Origin: Hydrolagus colliei
Taxonomy: Eukaryota
Direction of reading: 5' to 3'
DNA length: 64,000 nucleotides
Assembly (NCBI GenBank): GCA_035084275.1
Contig: CM068756.1
Span: 6,076,001-6,140,000 of the forward strand
Part shown: in pieces, positions 23,461 to 37,550 of the stretch
How the letters are laid out: each line of letters opens with the position of its first letter
Numbering within the stretch: the stretch's first letter is position 1
The notes under the pieces: generated by a model
The model's database searches: none
What the model saw: the letters and a program-made list of their open reading frames with translations, nothing else
Told to the model about the DNA's origin: nothing
Position numbers and translations under genes: made by a program

Positions 23461-26400
23461 ATAATAACACCACCCACAGTTTAAATGAGAGTCCCTTTCA
23501 ATTAGATAGCGGGCACTTGGACCAGGAATATGATACATATATTAAAAGGGTTTCCACACAATCTTGTAATAGAATAATTACATGTCAATGCCATTATCAG
23601 TATAAAATGGGTACATCCCCTGTTCTTTTTGAAAATCAGCCTTGAATTCAACTTTTGCTGGATTAAATCATTTGAATGAGAAAGGGCCATGAAAATTAAA
23701 TGTGCAAATAGAAGACGAGTTTAATTTGAATGCAACACTACCAAGAAATAGACAAAAGTACTGGGATATCATGACTGCCCTAGGCAACAAGCAGCCGGGT
23801 AAGTTTACAGTTATAATTAATGGCATCCCATCGCAAACATTATTTACAAAAATGACCTTACATTGCATATTTTAGAAACTGCCGTCAGCCAGCAGGCTCC
23901 GGGAGTGATTTGTGGATATCAATCAATCCATCTATTCCAGGGAAAGCTCACTTTCCGTAGTCATACGGACGTAAAGGATTGAGCGGAGGTGAAAGGCTGA
24001 AGACACAGGCACCAATTTGTATTAGGTAAGCATAAATAGAACATTAATTTGCCCAAATAACAAGAGCTTATTTACACCGTGACTATTTACCGCAACACTG
24101 TTTGTTTCACTAAACTTCGCAGTTGGCAGATCGAGAGAGTTTGGAACAAAATACAAATTTTATTCATTTTTTAAAAAAAATTACGATTATTTTTCCAGCC
24201 CAGTGAACTTCTGCTTGCTGTCAACAGGCATTTGTAAACAAGACGGTGTAATAATACTGCTTCACCAGTGAATTGGACACTTTCCTACAGAATTCATCAC
24301 ATGTAACTCACTTAGCCCACATTTCTAGTAAAGAACAAGCTAGTGCCATAAAAATTATGATAGCTTGTAGCTACATCTAATTTCACCACTGTCACTGACT
24401 CAGTGCCCTTCATATGTAGCAAGAGAAAGGTGCCTTTTTATCTTATAACTGCCCTCTGGTCATTGAAGGATTTACCATCATTTTAACAGCTATGATCTGC
24501 TCGCTACTGCTTCTTATACTGGTTTATATTGCAACGCACTCCTACCATAAATTTAAGATAGCTTTGTTAACTCATTCCCTCTTGACCGCTCTGCAATCCC
24601 CTCTACTCCAGCTTCACATTTTCATCTGCACTAGGTGGAGGTGGTCTAAATGACAGTCAAGTTTAGTACTGCTCAGTCGCAGGTCCAGGGAATTTGATTC
24701 CTGCTAATGGTTGTGGCACGATATTGAATAATTCCTCCCATGTTAAGGTACGCGGTGAAATTAAATTTGAAACCGATGCAAATGTGGATTTGCATCAACA
24801 AGCCTATCCCCGAACAAGAATAATCACATTGTGGATTTGTTTTTAACAAGCCTCACAAGCCTCACAATTGCTTGTAATATATGTAGGCTTTGGAAAACAA
24901 ATAGATGCGCTTGAGACTGAAACACTGCAATATCATATGTTCGGACGGACTGTCACGTTGGCTAGACGTAAGACAACAAAGGATGAATTTCTCAGCTGCC
25001 CGCTGATATCTTTATTTGGACATTTGCCTTCAACCTAATACCCTACGACTTGACATAAGCATGAACTAATTCTGTAAGTCAGCAAACATCAGACTTTTGC
25101 TCCTTGTTAGTCCAACTGAACAAGCGATCGGATTGAAAGCACGTTGTTTGCGCTCCACTTATTACTGGGGCAATATACGTAACAAAGAAACAATTACTGC
25201 AAGCTAAAACGTGAATCCTTTCAGAAACCAAGTTTGTTTTCTCTCAGTTTCCCGATGAACCAAATTCTGGCCACCATCAATCTGTTTGTATGACCTCATC
25301 AGGATTTTCAGTAGCTGCAAGGTTCAGACAGGGAGTGGGGGGTGGGAGAAGGGTGATGGGATGAGAAATAGGATGAGACAGAATTTTTTCCGTCTGTCTA
25401 TCAAATGGCTGACTAAATATTGATCATGTTGTGAATCCTATGCACTAAATATAAATCACAACTCCATTAAGATACTGAGACATTCAATTATAATGCTCAG
25501 GTCACTTTCACATTAAAGTCAGTCAGCAACTAACATGATGTGCGTCACCTGATAATGTATTGGACACACGTGGAACATGGAAAAACAGGGTGAAACTCAT
25601 CAAATGTATTGTGTGGTAACTAACAGGTATTTCTATATACACGATAGCAGTTTAAAAAAAAATCAGTCATCAATGTAGAATATTTACATGGGCAACAAAA
25701 TCACAGGACATGGGAAACCCACCAGCTGACACAAACTCTGTAAGTTCTCTCATCCCCTGTACAACAAGCAGCAAAATCTCAAGCTGGAAACTTGCTTGAG
25801 ATCATCGTGAAGCCAACCGAGATGCTTCAAGTCACACAGCATTCAAAATCACTGACGGACATTTCCTGGATTAAAGCTGAGCAAATTTCCAAAAGACATT
25901 AATAGTAAGTCATTAAAAAATATATACAGTATATATATAATGTGATTTTTTTTTATACATGCAAGTATGAGGCAGGACTGAGGAGTAACTTATACTTTAA
26001 TGTTGAAATTGGATTCTTATTCTGCAGTTAAGCAGCACCTGCTACAGAGCAAGGCCAAGAGAGATTGAATAGTGTATCAGGTTGGGCCTTACTGGTGATT
26101 CCATAACTGTTATTGTGCTGGTCCTACTGATGATTTTAAGAAGCCAACTACATTTGGGAGCAGAGAGCAGTTAGTGACAGGATCATTGTCAAAAGAGGAG
26201 AGTGAAAATGTTACTTTAAAGCATTACTGTATTATGAGTGATTTTTAAAAAAGATTCGGAAAGATAGTTTAAGGACAGAGGGCAATGTTTTATTAGAGAG
26301 CGTATGGTATGTGGCCAGAAGGGTAACAGTAATACAGAGCACATTTGCTTAATGGTTCCAAGGGGAAGGTACTGGTAGTGACTTGTAAAATGAGCACAGA

Positions 26401-26545
26401 GTGTGGAGCACACTGTATTTTCTGGCTTTTAAAGCTTGGGTCATTAGCAGGTTAGGATGGCAGTGTGTTTAGGTAATATGTTGGGTGTACGCATAGTTAA
26501 TGTTTGGGGTGTGTTGGTAATGACTGAGTGTGTGTCAGTCTCCGC

Positions 26546-26612
26546 CACTGTGAAGTGCTCTGTGATGTTACCCTGCGTGAAGGGCGCTGTATAAATGCAA
26601 GTTGTTGTTGAT
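26546..26612 (+). mobile_element. L2 3' tail remnant
   Basis: GTGAAGTGCTCTGTGATG...GTGAAGGGCGCTGTATAAATGCAAGTTGTTGTTG. Confidence 0.7.
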
Positions 26613-27603
26613 GGTGTGTGTCATTTGTGTGCGTGCATTTCAGGACGATAATGTGTGTGTGTTGGGGTGGGGGTGAGGGGTGGTGGTGGTAGGGTGGGTG
26701 GATTGGTCATTGTGTGTGCTGGGGAGATAACCTGTTTACTGTGTGTGTAGTGGGTAGGGATGTGCATGTGTAATGCACAACACGTATGTAGTTCTGTGCT
26801 ACGTAAGCAATGCTGCTGTAATTTCTGAAGTGCTGAAGCTCAGAGCTGCTCTATGTGAGAAAGCTCTCACTGCGATGAGCACATGGTTGATTGTCTTCGG
26901 AGGCAGTGGTCAGGACAGGTCTGCTTCTCTTTGGGTGCCTGCCAGGTATGTCAACTGTGAAAAGATGAAGCTCGGCTTTAATTTGGGCAATCAACTTTGG
27001 CACGAATACAATGCTAAGGGCTATCTCCAGTGTCTTGGCGCAAAGCACACAGTTAGCCTCGCTGGTGTGAATTTGATATTTTCAAACATACATTGACATT
27101 TTTGCCAGTGAAAATTGGAAATTTTCACAATGCCCTATGGATTTGCAAACTAATGTCAGTTCTTTTTCGCATTTCCCCCATCTTCATGCTTTGACAAGAA
27201 TGATGGGTTGGGGGTGGTGGGGAGGACCCAGAGGTAGGCCCTGGCTTTTCCTCAAAAATAAAGAAATATTACACTTTTTTTAAAAAAAAGATACACTGGA
27301 ATAGAATCAAGGAACTTTACGTGTCACTAGCTACAAAGTGGCAATATTGGGAATGTTAGCAGCCTGGCCTATGCAGTGCCTATAGTTTTGTTCTGTTGAC
27401 AATACTCGGAAGAAAACCATGTAGTGGGTCTAATATGGGGTGAATTATTTGATAACGGCAAGTGGAAGTGTATCACACCCATCATGGGAAATCCGATGCC
27501 ATCTACTTTGGGAGCGGTGTTCCTACGAGCTATGAGATGTACAGTACTTCCAGTTTGCAGATTAAGGTTTCTTTCCTTATTTCACATTTCCAGCCAGAAA
27601 TTG

Positions 27604-27832
27604 ATAATAATAATCCTTGCATTGGATACAACGCCTTATTGTGTTTTCAAAGCGCTTCACAGAATATACTGTCAAGTGCACTGACTGTACAATTTGTGGG
27701 CGATTTGTGGGCGATACGCGGCAGCCAATTCCGCGCAGCATTGTCCCACAAACAGTCGTGGATTGATCCACTGATTGGGAATCGAACCTGGGTCCCCTTG
27801 TGAGTGCTCTCACCACTAAACTACAGGATTAC
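27604..27832 (-). mobile_element. tRNA-derived SINE with internal deletion and an 11-bp duplication
   Basis: (ATA)n-TCCTTGCATT tail, SINE body and head GGTTCGATTCC (B box) on the minus strand; ATTTGTGGGCG occurs twice in tandem. Confidence 0.85.
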
Positions 27833-28671
27833 ACTCCATTAATAAGTAGTTACCTATGTCCAAAGCTTCCAAAGTAACACAATGGAGAGTGTCAGTGCTC
27901 TAGCAACTGAGCGCGGTTGTAGAATGGCTCTAAATTTACACACCCATAAACATTAAATGGTAGCACCAGTGATGGCACTCCACAATCCAATCTGGCTCAC
28001 CATTTTTATTTGCACAATTGTCAGAATACAAGCATTTCAGTGGACAATATTTTATTGCACATTGGAATGTTGTATACTTTCCCACGGGAGCTGGGTCTGA
28101 GAAAATGTCACAAGCCCTCTCAGGATGCAGCATTCAGAGCGTTATTTTTTTAAACACAGGTAGTTACTCAGCAAATGGGAACTATTACAGTTTCAGTTGC
28201 TTTTATGCACAACTATTTCTCAGGGAAGTTTTGAAAATAGAATTGCAGTATTTATCCTTTGCCCACACAGTTATTCCAATCCACAGTAAAGCATCCATTT
28301 GTTTATGTTGAGCTTCGGTTACAAAGCCTGCCAAAGACGCAGAAATATAGATAGCATTTATCACAAAGTCCTCGCTGTTTATCTTCATAGCATAGTCTAC
28401 TTTTGCAGGTAACACTTTTGCCTACTTTGCTTTTAAGAGCAGGGTATCAGGCACAGGCAGAAACCCTAACAGTCCCATGCATCCCACCTACACATGAAAG
28501 TTTCAAAGATAGATTGTTGGAATGGAATGTGCATTCTCTCCACGGAGGCACACATCATGCTTACCTAATTCCGTAAAGTATTAGACACAGGACAGCAAGG
28601 TTTGGGGACCACAGAGCGGGTATTAGAGTAACTGCTGAAGTCTAGCCAGTGAAAACCTACGTAGCTCGCTA

Positions 28672-28860
28672 TTGACAACCTTTCCTGGTGCTTGTCCAGT
28701 TAGGACCACCAATTAGGGCTTTGGCTTGCAGGGTTAATAGGAGCTGAATACGTAAAGTCCCTGCCCCCCCAGTTACCGGTCTGCCCTTCCAAGTCCTTCC
28801 AAGGCTATGCAGTCATCAGCAGTGCACTGGAGTACTGCGGACCTGTCTGGTTCAGGAAAT
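28672..28860 (+). repeat. Unclassified old dispersed repeat, copy A
   Basis: Collinear similarity to the reverse complement of 57280-57470 (CTTGTCC.G.TA.GACCACC; TTTGG.TTGCAG.GTTAA..GGAGCTGA; GTCATCAGCAGT.C.CTGGAGTACTG). Confidence 0.7.
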
Positions 28861-29854
28861 GTAGGCCTACTACACAACAGAGAGCTGGCTCGATTCTGAT
28901 ATTCTGTTGCCAAACATGTCACCTTAAAGCCAGGTCAGCTGTAATGAGGACAGACACTTTACCCTAAACCTATCAGTAGCCCCAGCAAGGATTCATGACT
29001 TGAACAATCTCACTCTGCATGTAAAACAAATAAAGGATCCTACTGTTATCTATTCACTTGCGGCTGCTCTCAACTGATCCCGCCAATAACATTCGTGCGG
29101 ATTTACACATGGGACCGCAGCTTTTCCAATTCATTACACTCTGCATTACTGGTATGGAATTGCCATTATCAGAAAGGTTTGAAGTTCTCTAATAAGACAG
29201 TTAAGAAGAGATTTGGATTCCGCTGGGTCCTAAAAGCACACAATAGAGTTACTTTGGCTGCAATGACATCTGAAATAGGGTTAGTCTAAGTTGTACACTT
29301 GGCTCAAATGAGAGCTTATGTTGTATATACCATGGCTGCTGTTTATATCAGTAATTGTTGATTGATGTCTCAGAAATGTAGCAGCCACTACCATGAATTC
29401 TAATTTATTGAAATGTTAGCTACAAGATCGTCACGCTAGGCCTTCCATCCATTAGTTTCTTTTTTCTTAATAATTACAATTTATATGTCTCAATGAGATA
29501 CATTTCACTTCCTGTAGATACACACATATCACAATATGCTGCAGAAACTTAGACAGCAGCGAATGTGGCATAAATGTGGTACTAAAGTGAAATTAAAAAA
29601 AACTAATTCTGTATGTGCCAACATTTCCCTCATATGTAGCTCCCACAGCTCAGTTCTGATAAAGCTTTCCAACAAAAATCTTCACCTATTTTTCTTCTTC
29701 AACTATTGACTGGTTTGTGGATTCCCAGTCTTAAAGCTTTCCTTTCATATTTCCGGCATTTCTCAGTTCCGTTTATTTCAGCCATTAACATGGCTCATCC
29801 AATGTCACATAATGCCGAATGCCTAATACAGATAGACAAGAACTTGATATAGAT

Positions 29855-30013
29855 AACAACAATAACAACAACTTGCATTTATATAGCACTCTTCACGCCG
29901 GCCGGTGTCTTGGACAGTATAGTGTGAGTCAAAGCTGACAGAGGCTAGCGAAACGTGGGATGTCCTCTCGACGTGAAAAGCGCTTTATGAAAGTAATTTT
30001 GTTGTTGTTGTTG
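29855..30013. mobile_element. Two short L2 3' tails in opposite orientation
   Basis: (AAC)n-TTGCATTTATATAGCAC on minus (29855-29915) and GACGTGAAAAGCGCTTTATGAAAGTAATTTT(GTT)n on plus (29955-30013). Confidence 0.75.
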
Positions 30014-31440
30014 CTCCCAGTCTGAACTTCATCCAAGGGACGGTAGAGCTTGTGCAGACTGCAGTGTGTATATACACACACACACATTATCCTCTCTGTA
30101 AGAGATGCCAGTTAATTATGTTTACCATTCTTTTAGAATGAGGAGTGATCCAGTAGTAAGAATGTAGTGTTAAGAACATTAGATGGGGTGGGGAGTGAGG
30201 GCACTTTTAAACTGATATGATTTTATGTTTGACTCAGACAAGAGTTTTGCTGCATCAAATCATGCAACCAGCAGGTATAAGGGGGAGGGCATCAGTATCC
30301 AACCGCCAAAGTCTCTACACATCAGAGTGGCACTGAAACACATTCTTTATTATACAATGGAATGGTATCTGTTGACTTTTTAAGCCATTACTTCAACCTG
30401 CGATTATAAAAGGATGATTTGCTTCCTTGTACAAAAACGTCACCTTATTTTTAAATAATAGATTTTTAGATACCACTTTTAATTTTTTTAAAAAAAAAAT
30501 CAAAATTGAGAGCTGAGAGTTTAGCTTAAAATAATGGCTGTTTGAAATATTCATTTGATTGAACACTACTTATTTCGAAGTAGAAGAGCGAATTACAGAT
30601 CAGTTAAAATGCTATGAATTACTCCATAACTTGCTATATTAAACCCATTAAAAATAGCAACTCTTATCAAGCTAGAGTTTGGTATAAATACTGTCATCCA
30701 CAGTTTCAAAGTTTATTGTTTGGGAGCTTTGAGATCCAAGTTGTCTTTTACTGTACTTGCTTGGCACACTCTCCTCCACACTGTTAGCTTTGTTGATTAT
30801 CTAGGAAGATGATATAATTCCTTTGTAAGGAAGGCAGCAATTCCACGAGATTTCTAATACTCGAAAGTGCAGAAAAAAATATAGATCTTAAGTGATGTGA
30901 GAGCTGTACAGATGGAACAATTTAACCTGTTAAATTATAGTGACACAATGTTACATTTCTTAGCTCGAAAAATTAGCAATAACTACATATTTGTAGAAGT
31001 GAAGTGCCACTTAAAAAGTGGTTTTCATAGTAATGTGGGAGGTTGATTGGGATCTTCAATAATGAGGTATTTTTATTTTTCTGTACCAGAAATGTGTTTT
31101 GCAACTGGTAATTAGTCACACTTTTAAATGCATATTTATCACATTATGAAGCTACAGAAGATGTGAAACATAGTCAGAATGAGGGAGAAATTGGGATTCG
31201 GTTGGTTTTCACTGCTATTACTTTTGATTGCTTCCATTTTAATACTTTGTAATCCATTCTGGTGAGAAATTACATCATGCTGTTTTTTCATTGACCGTAT
31301 TATTAAACTGTTAATGACTTTGCAATGCACTTCAGGGAAAACGTCAGCTGCCGATGCATTGACTTTTTTCTTTGTATTTCAATCCTGTACAAGGTTAAGA
31401 TTTTCAATCTGAAGTGAGATTTTGAACTCATATAACCTTG

Positions 31441-31755
31441 GCTCCAGTGCAATACTTGGGGAATGCTTCATTGCTGTCCTTCAGGTGAGATATTAAGCAG
31501 AGGTCCTCGTCTGCTCTCTTCAGGTGGAGGTTAATAACTTCATGGCACTGTTCAAAAAGACAGGGGAGTTTCCTCCGGAGTCCTGGCCAATAATCCCCCA
31601 AATAAAATTGGTTAGCTATTTTCATGGCTGTTGTGGGATATTATTGTGCGCATTTGATTATAATATACACAGTCACTATGCGTTATAGTGTATTCTATGA
31701 CGTATTTCCTAGTGATGTGACTGGGGTCTATCAAATGCAATGAATATTATTTATT
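31441..31755 (+). mobile_element. Deu-domain SINE (AmnSINE1/SacSINE1-like core) with L2-type tail
   Basis: CCTTCAGGTGAGATATTAAGCAGAGGTCCTCGTCTGCTCTCTTCAGGTGGAGG...CATGGCACTGTTC...CAGGGGAGTTTCCTCCGGAGTCCTGGCCAATA matches the recalled Deu domain; tail CTATCAAATGCAA. Confidence 0.75.
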
Positions 31756-33706
31756 TAATTTCAAGTGGCTTAGTTGTGAAATTATGTATAGTCACAATAC
31801 AGCAATGTGGCTTGGATGGTGTGCAATCTCAATAATGATAGTGTGTAATGATATGACAAACAGATCTTTCGTGTTGTTTCTGATGGAAACATTCTGAGAT
31901 ACTATATGAATACTAAAACATAGGCTTTTTCAAGACTGGACAATATGTCTTAAGCAGCTTGTAGTAATTGTTATTCAAATTATGCCACACCATTTCACCA
32001 CTAGAGGTCTTACTAATACAAAGAAAAATTATGTTTTCCAAATAAACTATTCTGGTAAGGGAACTTTACTCACTGCCTTTATTTAATTCTTGAGTTCTTA
32101 AAGAAATAGCGAAACAGGCTTCTCACTAGTATCTTCCCTTATTGTAAACCAAATGGGGAAACCTGGATTTGTTATTAGTTGTTGCAAATTTACATTTGCC
32201 AAATGCAATTGAAGTTGTAGTTAATACTGTCTGTTTCTGACCTGGCTTATGATAGATGGTCTAATACAATATAACTGTGTGGTGTACAATCCCAGTAGTA
32301 ATGGTGTGTAGCATTGCAAACAAACAGTGCATTCAGATCTCTGACAGTGAATTTCAAAGATATGATTCAAATTCACTTGCCCTCACACATGGCAAGGTGC
32401 ATGAGTTTTCATTTTGAAGGTTAGCAGATGTCGCTTGCTTGGGAAAACACCCCATGCACATTGCCCCTTTCTTGTTAACTTATCATTCATCTTCTTATTT
32501 TTAGGATGAGGTTTTATTGAAGAGACAAAAATCACCATGGTGTTCAATAATGCAGCTATTGAGGAACCCGTTGCCAGATAGACTCCACTTAGCGGTTTTA
32601 AATAAAACTAGTAATGAAAAAGTTCAAAGTTTTATGGATTAGGATTTGAATGCATTCAAAGCCATTGAAGAATCTCCCACTGTATCCCATGAAGGCATTC
32701 AAAAAGCTCCTCACTATGAAAGGAAATCAAGTAGTCTTTCACTGGTCGTGTGATATCCAAGGAATGGAATTTCAACTATTTTTATTCAAAGAAATTTGAA
32801 ATGCTAATTCATCTTTGTCGGTTTTTTGACAAAAAAGTGGTTATTAGCAGGATGGAGGAAAAGCACAATTGGATCATTTTTAATGTAATAAAGAATGTTT
32901 TATTTCACAAGAGTTCTGTTCTGTATGTAGCTTGCGTGTTGAAACCATAGAATTATTTTTATACCGTCTGCAATTAGAAAACCCATTTTAAATATATAAT
33001 AGAGGAAATTTTATAATTGATTAATAGTAGTATAATTACTGTAGTTAATATGGGAGATACAGCAATGTCTCTGATTGCTAAAGGCAATGTATTACATATT
33101 AAATAAAACCTTCCTTCAACTGAGATTTGTGGCAGTTAGTAATAAATAGTTTCCTTCTGGTTGGCCTAAAATGAAACTCTGGACATTAAAAGAAAATTCA
33201 ATTGTTATAATATTTTATTAAAATCTAATAAATTTTCAGCCTTCTGTAAAGGTAGGCCTTCTGTAAATCACACAGCTCCTAATAAATTCAGATGGTAAAA
33301 CTGGCAAAGTGGACTCAAATAAACGAGTCGGTGCAGTATTTAAATGTGTGAAACCTTTCTGAATTGTCAGGGGGGCAACAGTCCCAGGAGGTGAAGCAGA
33401 ACAAGCAGCATTTCTCCCCTTATGATTCAGATTTTTAACGTTGGACTTCGAAGAACAATAACAATGAGAGAGAAGTGAGAATAATAACAGCAAGGCGATG
33501 GACAATAATCTGCGATTGGAGCAGATGACAACATTTGGAAAGCAAAACTTGCAAAAGAGATTTGAAAGTTTGGTTGCATCTCAGGGCAGATTCCAGTTAA
33601 GAAGTCTCACCAAAAAGAGCATACATTATTAAACATGATTTATCCCACCACTATGCAGCGGGTACACATTTACAAGTGGCATATTCACTATTAATGCTTC
33701 TGTGTG

Positions 33707-33790
33707 TGGGGGGCGGGGGGGGGGGGTGGTGAGGGTGGGGGCGAGGGGAGAGGGTTGCTGGGTAAGGGAGGCGGGCTGGGGGTGGGGGTG
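33707..33790 (+). repeat. G-rich low-complexity tract with G-quadruplex potential
   Basis: More than eight runs of three or more G; similar tracts at 10917-10954, 17628-17671 and 26663-26701. Confidence 0.7.
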
Positions 33791-36700
33791 GAGAGGAAAT
33801 AACTGAGGATGCTTCGAGTTTTCTATTTGTGTTTTAAACAGAAATAAATTAGGTTTTATTTTAGAATTACAGTGCTTTGCACATTTGGGTCCTGTTTTAA
33901 CTTCCCTCTGCCATCCCAGTCAGGAGGGTGTGACAGTCTGAACTACTCTAGTCGTTTCATGCTTGTAGTGAGCAGCTGACGCTTTGTGCAATTTTTACAG
34001 GGTGGAACATGTCAGATTTTCCTCCTGTCCCTTCCCAGTGATAAAGTCTTTCACCGCCACACCGTATTTCATCGAACAAACCACCTCCAGATCAGTTAGC
34101 TGACAAACACTGGGACCCGTACTGTCCTCACAACTCTCTTTATGGGGATTCATCACATTATTGCTGAAACTTCCATTGTATCCTACGATTGAAATGTTTA
34201 AGTGACCCAAACAATTACGGTGGTTTTGTTTTAAAGTAAAGTGACCTATTTGATTTCCCACATTTTACTCTCTACAATCACCTGGCCCAAGCCCTTTGTG
34301 CTATTTGTGATTCTCCCATCATTCTCACTGGCTTACTAATGAGTAGTAGACCTTCTCTGCCAAGTGCTGCTCAATGTCTCCTTTAAAACCCTTCACTCAT
34401 TATTTGTTCAGGCTTTTCCCACAGCCTGCATACCCCATCGTGGCAGCTTAAATATAAACACAGTACTGTATTAACGTTCGGAAATGGCATTCGATTTCGG
34501 TTTGATCCTCATAATACTAGCTGCTGAAATGATAATTGGTACAAGCTGCAAGAAAAACAAAAATACATTTCAATCACCATAAGGTATTATCTCAGCTGAT
34601 GAATTCTGAACCAACAGATACATTTAAAATAGCCCCATCTGCTCACAACCACAGTTCTCAATTCTTTTCAGCTGACATAATCCAGATTGATTCGTTCAGC
34701 AGATAAAATTCAGGCCACTTCTGCCCTTTATAGAAGGAACATAATACCAGCCTTTATTCAGTAACAATGTAACATAATGGGATCGGAATGTGCAAAATGA
34801 CTGGTTCTTAAATTACTGTGACACACAAGGGCCCAAGACAAGCTGTGGTTTAATGTAAAAAATCATTAGACATAAATTACTAAAGCACTCTAGCATTAAC
34901 AAGGTCAAACCAAGGCTGTTTATGATGTTTTTCAGATGAAAACTATTTGCCGTATCTCCAGCTCCATACTTTTTTTTGTAGAAAATGCCGGGCTTCAAAT
35001 AAACAAGTTATTGTTAGTCACAATGGCTGACATTAGTATAAGCTCTGCCTAAGAGCTAAACGACTGGGTCATGTTATGTATGGAGATCAGTCAGCAGAAC
35101 ATGTTTTTTTGGTAATGTTTTTATCTAGATGGAGTACCCTGATTTAATAGCCCCCTGAAATAGGCTCTGACATGACATTTCACTTATAAGATGCTTTACT
35201 GATGCACATTTCATGTTGGGCTTCACAGAAAAATGACAACCTCAGTTGTCCAGTGACAAACCCACATGACAGTAAAGTGTCAGAGGCAGAGAATGCAGAT
35301 GTATTATCGCTCTCCTATTTAGACAGAAATGACATCCTCCTATATCTCAAGAGACAATGTCACATACTAGCTAACCTTATTTTGCCAGCTGTACAGACAA
35401 CAATATTGACACAGCCAACCATTTTTTTTTTGTAAAACTGCAACCTACACATTTGGGTGTATAGAAAACATGCACATATTCATTTCAAATGTCAAAAATT
35501 ATTTAGAACATGTAACTTTGGAAGGCATTTCGTTGAAACAGAGAAAATATTTGATGCCAGTGAGAGAAACAAAGAAAAGCGCTTAGTTTTACGGAAGAAA
35601 ATTAAACAGCAAAAATAAATCTAAAATATCCAGTCTTTTCAACCTTCCTTAATGAACCTGAGAGCGAGGATAATATTCAGACTAGACCTGACCAACATAA
35701 CTGGCACATAATTTTCTTCCCAGGGCAATGAACAAATAAAAAAAATGTCAGGGTTATCACTGTAAGATAATTAATACTTGTAGAACACAGTGCCTGGATT
35801 TCATTAGGATAATGTCTGGACATACAATTACTAAAATATTTGATTGATACTGAGGAGAAAACACTAATTTCATTCTTCCACTCCTGTATATTTTAAAAGG
35901 TGAAACGTATTGTAACTAGGCAACATTCGATTGTGATTTCTCACGTCATTTTAGATTTTAAATACATTTAGTCAAATCACAGAGTGTGGTAGAAAACCAT
36001 TAACTGTCCTGACTGGTTTGTGTTTAAATTCAATTTTACAGGAATTGTGCAGAACTTTTTTAAAAAAAAACCCACTGCATTGGTTATATTGTAAGACTAA
36101 GAATATTGCCTTTTCAGAATGTGTACTCAGTATCAGAATACTAGTTATGATAAATATCCCTCTAGCAATTAACAACCTTGAATTTTAGTCATTCTTTGAC
36201 ATAGTTATTATTTTGCATTGAAGTAGATCTGGTTGGTCATCTTACTGCACCAATGTAACAAATGTCTTCACAGAAATGTCAAGTTAGTTTTATCAAAGAA
36301 TTCATGTTTGTCAGGTCACAGCTAATGCTTCTGTGAAAAGGCAGCTTTCATTCAATGGACTTTTCATTTGATTTTAGTAGGAACATTGTTTTTGAATGTT
36401 TAATCTCCGGATCGGAGCACTGTAAAAGGACAAATGTGAAAATGCTGTCAACAATTGATTTTTTTTCTTTGTTAGGAGGGGTAATTATTAGATCTTGCAA
36501 CAAATACATCATAGATAATGTAGTTTGTAAGACTTTTTAATTTTCTGTCTATAGCCTAGCGTCTATAATGTATCTAATGTGGTCTAATAGCATAGTGTTT
36601 AGGCATTTATTTAAAACAAACACTACAAGTCTAAAAAATTAATAGATGCATTGTTGCTTCTTATGGATCAATGCTTCTCAAGCTCAGATAAAATTATTGC

Positions 36701-37454
36701 TTATGAATTCTAATGGAAGAACAGTAAATTCCTTCAACTTTCAGCTTGGCCTTGAATGATACAATATAAAGCCTGTTAAATGGCTGAAAAGTCTAATGGA
36801 TAAAATGGCGTCTACTGTGTAAAAATGAATTTAATAAAAAGGATGTCATTTTGCCTCCTTAAAGGACTCTGAATAGAGTCCTTGTATCTAATTACCCATA
36901 CTACCATGTGTATCATTTCCAAAGTATGAAAAGAAATCATTTTTAGGTGACATGCACAGAATATCTTCAGGTACATGAATGCACTCTGCTCTGGATAAAC
37001 ATGATTGTGTGAAGGTTTTGTTAGTTTCAGGCCACTCAAATGATCTTTTATTCCATTAAGCAGCGAGAGAACAGATATCAAATTCTATTAGCGATCCAAT
37101 AAAGGTGCTAGACTAGTGCCATTCTCGTGTGTGAACATTTCCACAATCATTCTCCCCCATCGACCTCAGAAGTTTTAAAAGCCTTTATCACTGTTGGTCG
37201 AGGATATTCAATGAAGAAGATTATGGGTATTCCTAAACAAATTCCTTGGTCATTGTTGGTGATAATTAAGGGACAGGAATGGGTTTAGGAAGCAACAATC
37301 TTGACCCCATATTTTTATGAACACAAATGACAGTAGTTCCACCACAGAAACAAACACACGATTCACGACAAGTTATGCAGAATGTATTGCCATCCATAGG
37401 TAATAGATTGGGGTGCGGGGGAGGAAAAATAATCATTAAGAGGATCCAACCATC

Positions 37455-37550
37455 AAAAAAAAAGCTTACATTTATATAGCGCCTTTCACGTCGAGAGGAC
37501 TTCCCAAGGCTCTGTGCAGTTAGGTAGGGACAAGAGCAGTGGGGAAGGAT
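37455..37550 (-). mobile_element. L2 3' tail fragment
   Basis: CTTACATTTATATAGCGCCTTTCACGTCGAGAGGACTTCCCAAGG. Confidence 0.8.
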
